This document shows, piece by piece, positions 16,836 through 22,617 of a DNA stretch of 44,680 nucleotides; within the stretch, counting starts at the first letter, position 1, and each line of letters starts with the position of its first letter. This DNA is from Candidatus Micrarchaeales archaeon (GTDB taxonomy: Archaea; Micrarchaeota; Micrarchaeia; Micrarchaeales; CABMGC01). The DNA is taken from NCBI GenBank assembly GCA_050749785.1, contig JBOGSA010000007.1:1-44680 (forward strand), read 5' to 3'. The notes beneath the pieces were generated by a model. That model did not search any database. It saw nothing but the letters and a program-made list of their open reading frames with translations, and was not told the origin of the DNA. The position numbers and the translations under genes are program-made.

Positions 16836-16933
16836 ATTAGGTATCTAATTCCTATAATAGTATTAGATATCTAAAGATATATATACTTTAGCTTTAGATA
16901 CCTAAAGCTTTATAAAGCAATAGATACCTAAAG
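16836..16933. promoter_or_regulatory. Array of four 12-bp (pseudo)palindromic sites TTAGATA(T/C)CTAA in the divergent intergenic region
   Basis: The copies are ttaggtatctaa at 16836-16847, ttagatatctaa at 16862-16873 (a perfect palindrome), ttagatacctaa at 16893-16904 (within gctttagatacctaaagc) and tagatacctaaagc at 16920-16933. Spacing is 26-31 bp. The array lies between the transposase ATG (16819) and the DUF488-fusion ATG (16940). Confidence 0.7.
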
Positions 16934-16939
16934 CAGATT

Positions 16940-17740
16940 ATGAAGCTTCAAAAAGTTCCGTCCAGAAAATTAAACCAAAAAGAATATGTTAAATGGTTAA
17001 TCATAGTGCCTCCAAAAGAAGTGGATCAGTTAGGATGGGAGGATGGGCAAAAATTAAAGAGTTTTGTAGAAAAAAATAATTTAGTTATAATAATAAGCAA
17101 AGAACCCTCTTATGATGAATTTAAAACAAAAATTGCACAATTATTGAACACTAAATCTCAAGGTTTTACTTGGAAAGAGATTAAGGAAAAATTAAAGCTT
17201 GAAATAAAAGTACCTAATAATAAATGGGTTAGGAAATTAGAAAACGAAATAAGTCTTAAAAGAATAAGCCATAATGGAGAAAAATATTGGTATATTGATA
17301 AAAAGGGAGTTACAGTTTATACATTAGGCTATGAGGGAATAGCTATTGATCAGTTTATTAACTACCTAAAGAAAAATGGTATCGAATGTTTAATTGATGT
17401 TAGAGAATTACCTTTAAGTCGTAAAAATGGTTTTTCTAAATCTGTATTAAATGAAGCTTTGGAAAAAAATGGTATTGTATATAGACATTATCCACAATTA
17501 GGCTCTCCAAGAGAATTAAGGCACAAATTATGGACTGAGGGCAATTATACCGAATTCTTTAAAGATTATGAAAAATGGCTTTCTTCACCATCAGCTACAA
17601 CTTATATTGGAGATGTTGAAGGGCAAGCTCATATTCGAACTACTGCAATAATGTGTTTTGAAAAAGACGTCGAAAAATGTCATAGAAGTGTAATAAAGAA
17701 ACGCTTAATCCATGATGGGTTCAAGGTAATAGACCTATGA
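16940..17740 (+). CDS. AbrB/SpoVT-like plus winged-helix plus DUF488 fusion protein
   Basis: The N-terminus, WLIIVPPKEVDQLGWEDGQKLKSFVEKNNLVIIISKE, looks like an AbrB-type swapped hairpin. The middle, GFTWKEIKEKL...NKWVRKLENE...GEKYWYI, looks wHTH-like. The C-terminal DUF488 signature is YTLGYEG...IECLIDVRELPLSRKNGFSK...NGIVYRHYPQLGSP...CFEKDVEKCHRSVI. Confidence 0.7.
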   Translation: MKLQKVPSRKLNQKEYVKWLIIVPPKEVDQLGWEDGQKLKSFVEKNNLVIIISKEPSYDEFKTKIAQLLNTKSQGFTWKEIKEKLKLEIKVPNNKWVRKLENEISLKRISHNGEKYWYIDKKGVTVYTLGYEGIAIDQFINYLKKNGIECLIDVRELPLSRKNGFSKSVLNEALEKNGIVYRHYPQLGSPRELRHKLWTEGNYTEFFKDYEKWLSSPSATTYIGDVEGQAHIRTTAIMCFEKDVEKCHRSVIKKRLIHDGFKVIDL

Positions 17741-18519
17741 CTTTTGAGAGGAAGCGAATTCTAATTGTGGTAAAAACTTACCCTAATCTGAGTAGAAAAT
17801 ATGTTGAGACTGTATGTGTGGGCGGTTTAACAGATAATGGAAAATGGATTAGAATTTTCCCAATAAGATTTAGGCAATTACCTTTTAATAAAAGATTTAG
17901 TAAATTTGATATTATTGAAGCCGAAGTAGAACCTACACATGATAAGTTTGGAAGGATAGAAAACCATACAATTAAAGATACAACGATAGAAATCTTAGGT
18001 AAATTACCTGCTACCCCCGAGAATTGGGAACGCCGTAAAAAATTGGTTCTTAGTCATTTAGATAAATCGCTGGAAGAATTAGAATTGAAAAAAGAATCCG
18101 ATCATGTGACTATGGGTATAATAAAGCCACGGGAAATTATAGATTTTTATCGTAAAAATATTGAAGAATTTAGAGAATGGGAAGCGGAATTAATACAGGG
18201 AAATCAGAAAACATTAATTGAAAAAATAACAGGTAAAAAATACGAGAGTCCTTTAGAGAAAATTCCTTACTGGATGGGTTACCACTTTTATTGTCAGGAT
18301 GAAAGATGTAATGGGCATAATATGATGTGCGAAGACTGGGAGATGTTAGAACTCTTTAGAAATATGCGAAAAAGGGAAGGTAGTGACGAAAAGGCTTTCG
18401 AAAAAGTAAAGCAGAGCTATTTTACATGGATGAAAGAAAGAGATATTTATTTTGTTGTAGGTACTGAAAGTAAATGGAATAATTTCCTGATAATTGGTAT
18501 ATTTTATCCGCCTAAATGA
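17737..18519 (+). CDS. Uncharacterised protein with a C-x4-C-x2-H-x3-C cluster, translationally coupled to the DUF488 gene
   Basis: 260 aa, with a 4-nt ATGA overlap with the preceding gene. The conserved-looking N-terminus is KRILIVVKTYPNLSRKYVETVCVGGLTDNGKWIRIFPIRFR. The Cys/His cluster is YHFYCQDERCNGHNMMCEDWE. Confidence 0.6.
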   Translation: MTFERKRILIVVKTYPNLSRKYVETVCVGGLTDNGKWIRIFPIRFRQLPFNKRFSKFDIIEAEVEPTHDKFGRIENHTIKDTTIEILGKLPATPENWERRKKLVLSHLDKSLEELELKKESDHVTMGIIKPREIIDFYRKNIEEFREWEAELIQGNQKTLIEKITGKKYESPLEKIPYWMGYHFYCQDERCNGHNMMCEDWEMLELFRNMRKREGSDEKAFEKVKQSYFTWMKERDIYFVVGTESKWNNFLIIGIFYPPK

Positions 18520-18584
18520 TCTATGGACAACTTCTTACACAAAAGGCCGACTTTATACACAAAAGTCACTAAATACACAAAGCC

Positions 18585-18593
18585 CAACTCAAC
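18585..18593. repeat. Right copy of the target-site duplication CAACTCAAC
   Basis: Identical to 12356-12364. It directly follows the right TIR. Confidence 0.75.
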
Positions 18594-18671
18594 GTTAGCT
18601 TTAAATAGATTAAGAAGCATAATCATCTCTATAAAAGTCAGGCATCCTAGGCCTCTTTTTTGTTGATTTTC

Positions 18672-19244
18672 ATGAAGGTTAATTTTATTGAGAATACCCC
18701 CTCCGTTGTCAGGTTCAAGATGACGGGAGTGAGCAACAACTTCGTCAACTCCGTCAGGAGAGTTGCGAGCAACAGCGTGAAGTGCTTTGCGGTTGACAAT
18801 GTCACATTCTACGAGAACACCACATCAATGTTCGACGAGTATATATCCCACAGGATAGGGCTTGTGCCGATAATAACCCCTGATGGCTACGACGAGAAGG
18901 ACGAGATAATGTTCCATCTTGAGGCTGAGGGACCAAAGACGATATTATCAAAGGACATGGAACCGACCGACAAGAAGGTCAAGGTGGCAAACGAGAATAT
19001 ACCGCTCATGAAGCTCGCCGAAGGGCAGAGGCTCAAGGTCGACTGCAAGGCGATATTAGGCAACGGGATGAAGAGCTCGAAGTTCCAGCCAGGATTCATA
19101 ACCTTTACTGCAAACGAGGAGAACAGCGAGTTCGAGTTTTACATTGAGACATTCGGTCAGATGAACGCAAAGGAAATATTAAATAGGGCACTTGAGATAA
19201 TAGATGACGGACTTAAAGCTACGCACAAGGAACTCAAGAAATAG
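18672..19244 (+). CDS. rpoD: DNA-directed RNA polymerase subunit D (Rpo3), short form
   Basis: MKVNFIENTPSVVRFKMTGVSNNFVNSVRRV...DEYISHRIGLVPI. Its position ahead of L18e-L13-S9-rpoN matches the conserved archaeal cluster. The track TTG start is at 18660. Confidence 0.8.
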   Translation: MKVNFIENTPSVVRFKMTGVSNNFVNSVRRVASNSVKCFAVDNVTFYENTTSMFDEYISHRIGLVPIITPDGYDEKDEIMFHLEAEGPKTILSKDMEPTDKKVKVANENIPLMKLAEGQRLKVDCKAILGNGMKSSKFQPGFITFTANEENSEFEFYIETFGQMNAKEILNRALEIIDDGLKATHKELKK

Positions 19245-19250
19245 CCGTGT

Positions 19251-19337
19251 GCGGGGGTGGCAGAGTCTGGTCAAATGCGCTAGCTCGAGGGGTTAGTAGC
19301 TTTAGTGCTTGCTAGGGTTCAAATCCCTACCCCCGCA
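19251..19337 (+). tRNA. tRNA-Leu (anticodon GAG), type II with a long variable arm
   Basis: Hand fold: acceptor GCGGGGG/CCCCCGC, D stem GCA/TGC, anticodon stem CTAGC/GTTAG with loop TCGAGGG, variable arm AGC-tttagt-GCT, T arm TAGGG-TTCAAAT-CCCTA, discriminator A. Position 33 reads C in this fold, which is unusual. Confidence 0.8.
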
Positions 19338-19349
19338 TAAAGTGATGAT

Positions 19350-19697
19350 ATGAACAGGATAATTGAGAAGGACGCGATAAACGCCTGGGTAGAGGCAATT
19401 TCCACTGTCAAGTCCGACTCGAAGAACGCTGGCCTTTGGAAGCAGGTGAACAGAATGGTGCGTTTGCCAAAGAGGGCAAGAGTATCAGTAAATCTCTACA
19501 AGCTAAACAAGCTCGCAAAGGACGGGGAGTTCGTGGTCGTTCCAGGTAAGGTGCTGAGCTTTGGAAACATTGACAGGAAGATAAAGATTGCAGCGGTTGA
19601 ATACTCGCAAAGCGCACTCCACAAGCTCAAGGAAAGCGGCTGCGAGATGATGACGATTGAACAGATGATAAAGAGCAGTCCAAGAATAATAACATGA
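19350..19697 (+). CDS. rpl18e: 50S ribosomal protein L18e
   Basis: 115 aa. Assigned from its position between rpoD/tRNA-Leu and L13, plus the typical N-terminus (...LPKRARVSVNLYKLNKLAKDGEFVVVPGKVL). Confidence 0.85.
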   Translation: MNRIIEKDAINAWVEAISTVKSDSKNAGLWKQVNRMVRLPKRARVSVNLYKLNKLAKDGEFVVVPGKVLSFGNIDRKIKIAAVEYSQSALHKLKESGCEMMTIEQMIKSSPRIIT

Positions 19698-19701
19698 TTA
19701 C

Positions 19702-20139
19702 ATGGCAAGCGAGATCAAGGTCGTAGACGGGAAGAACAAGGTGCTGGGCAGACTAGCGAGCCAAGTCGCAAAGATGGTCCTAAACGGCCACGAGGTAGCG
19801 GTGGTAAACGCAGAGCACATCTTCATCAGTGGCCATTCAAAGGACATAATCGCAGGCTACAAGCAAAAGCTCGAGTTCCAAGACAAGGCAAATCCTGAGC
19901 ACTCACCATACCATTCAAGAAGGGCGGACCTTTTCGTCAAGAGGGCGATAAGGGGAATGCTTCCTTTCAAAAAGCCAAAGGGCAAGGCGGCATACAAGCT
20001 GCTCAAGATATACATCGGCGTGCCAGAAGAGTACAAGACGGCGAAAATGGTTGAGATAAAGACAAGCTCGCAGCACCAGATATTCGAGAGCACAATGTAT
20101 GTCAAGGACCTTGTACAGAAGCTCGGTTACAATAAGTGA
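19702..20139 (+). CDS. rpl13p: 50S ribosomal protein L13
   Basis: VVDGKNKVLGRLASQVAKMVLNGHEVAVVNAE is typical of uL13. Confidence 0.9.
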   Translation: MASEIKVVDGKNKVLGRLASQVAKMVLNGHEVAVVNAEHIFISGHSKDIIAGYKQKLEFQDKANPEHSPYHSRRADLFVKRAIRGMLPFKKPKGKAAYKLLKIYIGVPEEYKTAKMVEIKTSSQHQIFESTMYVKDLVQKLGYNK

Positions 20140-20144
20140 TATTC

Positions 20145-20678
20145 ATGGCAGAACAAAATGCAAAGGCAGACGCGCTTGAGAATCTCAACAAGGAGATAAG
20201 CGCAGTTGTGCAGGTAAAGGAGGAGAAGAAAGTCGTTGTGGTCAAGCAAAGGAAGAGAACAGCGCCGAAACAGAAGATGGTCCTTGTCAAGGCAAGGAGA
20301 AAGATGGCAATCGCAAGGGCGAGGCTAACAAAGGGCGCAGGAAGAGTTACAATCAACAACATAGGCATAGGCCTATTCAAGCCAAAGGAAGTCAGAGAGC
20401 TGATACTTGAGCCGATAAACTTCTCGCCGCTCACAAGAGAAATCGCTAACAATTCAGACATAAAGATCAATGTGTACGGGGGCGGGCTTTCAGGCCAGGC
20501 ACAAGCATGCAGGACAGCGATCGCAAAGGCGATGGTTGCAGCGTCCCCATCCGATGCAATAAAGAGCGCTTACATGAAATACGACAGGACCCTATTGGTC
20601 GACGATGTCAGGCAGGTCGAGCCGAAGAAGTTCCTCGGAACAAAGGCAAGGGCAAGGTTCCAGAAGTCGTACAGATGA
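20145..20678 (+). CDS. rps9p: 30S ribosomal protein S9 with a ~45-aa N-terminal extension
   Basis: The core is KARRKMAIARARLTKGAGRVTINN...GGGLSGQAQACRTAIAKAM...DVRQVEPKKFLGTKARARFQKSYR. ATG at 20145; the track GTG at 20136 overlaps the L13 stop. Confidence 0.9.
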   Translation: MAEQNAKADALENLNKEISAVVQVKEEKKVVVVKQRKRTAPKQKMVLVKARRKMAIARARLTKGAGRVTINNIGIGLFKPKEVRELILEPINFSPLTREIANNSDIKINVYGGGLSGQAQACRTAIAKAMVAASPSDAIKSAYMKYDRTLLVDDVRQVEPKKFLGTKARARFQKSYR

Positions 20679-20693
20679 GATGAAGATGATACC

Positions 20694-20894
20694 ATGATGA
20701 TACCGATAAGATGTTTCTCGTGCGGACAGGTAATCGCAGACAAGTGGGAAGAGTATGACAGAAGGGTCAACAAGAACCACGAGGATTCTGGAAAGGTCCT
20801 AGAAGACATGAAGATCAAGAGATACTGCTGCAGGAGAATGCTCATATCGAACGTCGATTTGATTGATGACGTGATAAGCTACGGAAGAAAGTAA
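20694..20894 (+). CDS. rpoN: DNA-directed RNA polymerase subunit N (Rpo10)
   Basis: [21 protein letters not shown]...RYCCRRML, the zinc-binding CxxC...CC signature. Confidence 0.9.
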   Translation: MMIPIRCFSCGQVIADKWEEYDRRVNKNHEDSGKVLEDMKIKRYCCRRMLISNVDLIDDVISYGRK

Positions 20895-20930
20895 TGGAAT
20901 TAATAATATGATTATGTAAAATGATATGCT

Positions 20931-21017
20931 GGGGTCGTCTGCTAGCTTGGTTAGGCTCTGTGCTTAGGGAGCATAAGACCCGAGTTCAAAAGGAAACTGA
21001 AAATCTCGGCGACCCCA
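20931..21017 (+). tRNA. tRNA, Pro-like (anticodon reads AGG in my fold), with a 13-nt insertion in the T-loop
   Basis: Acceptor GGGGTCG/CGACCCC, anticodon stem TGTGC/GCATA with loop TTAGGGA, T stem CCGAG/CTCGG enclosing 20 nt (ttcaaaaggaaactgaaaat) instead of 7, discriminator A. The D stem is weak (TGCT/GGCT). Its position between rpoN and S2 is where I recall a tRNA-Pro in other archaea. Confidence 0.65.
20989..21001 (+). other. Putative non-canonical tRNA intron in the T-loop (aaaggaaactgaa)
   Basis: Removing these 13 nt restores TTCAAAT, the T-loop seen in the intron-less tRNAs of this window. TTCA (20985-20988) pairs with TGAA (20998-21001), leaving a 3-nt bulge AAT. The exact boundaries are ambiguous within the A runs. 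Confidence 0.5.
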
Positions 21018-21033
21018 CATTTATGGTGCAAAC

Positions 21034-21660
21034 ATGACAGATGAAAACAATGATAATTTGCTGATGGACAGGACGGAATACCTAGAGGTAGGAGTAAACA
21101 TAGGCACCAAGACAAAGTCTCCGGGGATGAAGCAGTTCGTCTACAGGACTAGGGAGGATGGACTATACCTGCTCAACCTCGATACGATAAACGAGAGGAT
21201 AATAACCGCATCAAAGATGCTCGCAAGGTACGAGCCAAAGGACATAGTCGTAACCGCCTCAAGGATCTACGCGATATCAGCAGCGTCGAAGTTCGCAGAG
21301 ATAATCGGAGCAAAGTTCATGCCTGGAAGAGTCATGCCGGGAATATTCACAAACTCAAACAGGGCAGATTACACAGAACCTGGAATAATACTGATGAGCG
21401 ACACGAGGAACGAGAGGCAAGCGATTAGGGAGGCAAGCAAGACAAGCATACCTGTGATCGCGCTATCAGACACAGACAACTGGATAAAGTTCGTCGATCT
21501 GATTATACCTTCGAACAACAAGGGAAGAAGGTCCCTAGCGCTAGTCTACTTCCTGCTCGCAAGGGAGTACATGAAAGAGAAAGGCTTAATAAAAGCAAAC
21601 GAAGAGTTCAACTACAAGATCTCAGACTTCGAAGCGAAGGTCGAGATGAAGGCGAAGTAA
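21034..21660 (+). CDS. rps2p: 30S ribosomal protein S2
   Basis: YLEVGVNIGTKTKSPGMKQFVYRTREDGLYLLNL...PVIALSDTDN is typical of archaeal uS2. Confidence 0.9.
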   Translation: MTDENNDNLLMDRTEYLEVGVNIGTKTKSPGMKQFVYRTREDGLYLLNLDTINERIITASKMLARYEPKDIVVTASRIYAISAASKFAEIIGAKFMPGRVMPGIFTNSNRADYTEPGIILMSDTRNERQAIREASKTSIPVIALSDTDNWIKFVDLIIPSNNKGRRSLALVYFLLAREYMKEKGLIKANEEFNYKISDFEAKVEMKAK

Positions 21661-21663
21661 GAA

Positions 21664-22206
21664 ATGCTTCATAAGAAAACAAAAGGGCAGGCGGCAGTCG
21701 ACTTCATGCTTTCGTACGGCATCGCATTCATTCTGATACTTATTTCAATAGCCGTGATCTACAAGACCGGTCTGCTCAATCCGCTCATTATACCTGCAAC
21801 CTGTTCTCCTGCGCCAAGCTTCGGCTGCAGCCAATATGCAATAAACGCATCGACAGGAATACTCACGCTTACTTTCTCGCAGGCTACAGGCGGCACGCTG
21901 ACAATAAAGGGATTTGCGTGCGCGAACCAAAAGAACGCGACGGGAGACAAGCCCCAGTATGGCAACATATACGCGACAAATGCGATAAAATACTATCCGA
22001 CAAACTACGACCCCTCAAACATAATAACATCGCTACCGACAACAACATCCGAGACGCTCAAGCTCTACTGCTACAATGCCGGTGGGATAGCAAAGGGAAG
22101 CCTGGGCAATGCGTATTTCGGATATGTCTGGCTCAACTACACGATAAGCGGATACACGGGAACGTTTGTCCAGAGCATCGCATCATTCACAGCAAAGTAC
22201 TCCTGA
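21664..22206 (+). CDS. Class III signal-peptide (archaeal type IV pilin-like) protein
   Basis: MLHKKTKG|QAAVDFMLSYGIAFILILISIAVIY: a prepilin-type cleavage motif followed by a hydrophobic helix. Several N-x-S/T sequons (NASTG, NATGD, NYTIS). It starts 4 nt after the S2 stop. Confidence 0.7.
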   Translation: MLHKKTKGQAAVDFMLSYGIAFILILISIAVIYKTGLLNPLIIPATCSPAPSFGCSQYAINASTGILTLTFSQATGGTLTIKGFACANQKNATGDKPQYGNIYATNAIKYYPTNYDPSNIITSLPTTTSETLKLYCYNAGGIAKGSLGNAYFGYVWLNYTISGYTGTFVQSIASFTAKYS

Positions 22207-22612
22207 GCCTAGAGCTCTTGTAGATTTTGGGATTCGCGCTAACTTTTATCCTTACAACCTCTGCATGCATGCTTTTTTGCGCAAGCCATTGCTTAATCGC
22301 ATTTAGATTTACTTTTTGGTCGTAGCCAAAGACTATGACCTGCGGTTTGTACTTCATGAGGATTTTGTATCTGTCAGATGATTTGGATAGTTTGTTGCCG
22401 AGCACCGCACTGTCGACGATCTTAAGCGCATTAAGCATCTTCACTCTGTCATTCTGATTGAAGGCTGGAGATTTTCCCTTGAACATCCTGATGCTTTCAT
22501 CCCTTGCCACTACGACAACAAGCCGATCACCAAGTTTCTTTGCCTTTTCAAGGTATAGGAGATGGCCCGGATGTAATATGTCGAATGAGCCAAATGCGAG
22601 AACGGTTTTCAT
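22187..22612 (-). CDS. ribL: FAD synthase (FMN adenylyltransferase), archaeal RibL-type cytidylyltransferase fold
   Basis: LAFGSFDILHPGHLLYLEKAKKLGDRLVVVVARDESI... has the GxFDxxHxGH nucleotidyltransferase motif. Size and sequence resemble RibL. Confidence 0.75.
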   Translation of the reverse strand: MKTVLAFGSFDILHPGHLLYLEKAKKLGDRLVVVVARDESIRMFKGKSPAFNQNDRVKMLNALKIVDSAVLGNKLSKSSDRYKILMKYKPQVIVFGYDQKVNLNAIKQWLAQKSMHAEVVRIKVSANPKIYKSSRLRSTLL

Positions 22613-22617
22613 TTAAT

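Larger units (their letters stand above)
12365..18584. mobile_element. 6.2-kb AT-rich transposon-like element with terminal inverted repeats and a 9-10 bp target-site duplication
   Basis: The left end is GGCTTTGTGTAAATAG (12365-12380). The right end is CTAAATACACAAAGCC (18569-18584), whose reverse complement is GGCTTTGTGTATTTAG. The match is 11/11 at the termini and 14/16 overall. It is flanked by CAACTCAAC(G) at 12356-12365 and 18585-18594. It has markedly lower G+C than the flanks and an internal DDE transposase. Confidence 0.75.

Noticed and set aside
16836-16933. Regularly spaced short repeats that at first glance could suggest a mini-CRISPR.
   Set aside because: The repeats are only 12 bp and palindromic. 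One is in inverted orientation, and the spacers are 14-19 bp and AT-rich. They lie in a divergent promoter region, and no cas genes are present. They were classified as operator-like sites.
15468-16939. I searched for terminal inverted repeats and a target duplication immediately around the SWIM/DDE transposase ORF, which would define a small stand-alone IS.
   Set aside because: I found only weak matches: TTATAGG at 15593-15599 versus CCTATAA at 16851-16857, and AATCTG..AGGTA at 15522 versus 16925-16939. The first is better explained as the transposase's own TATA box. There is no flanking direct repeat. The clear TIR/TSD pair is at the outer island boundaries instead.
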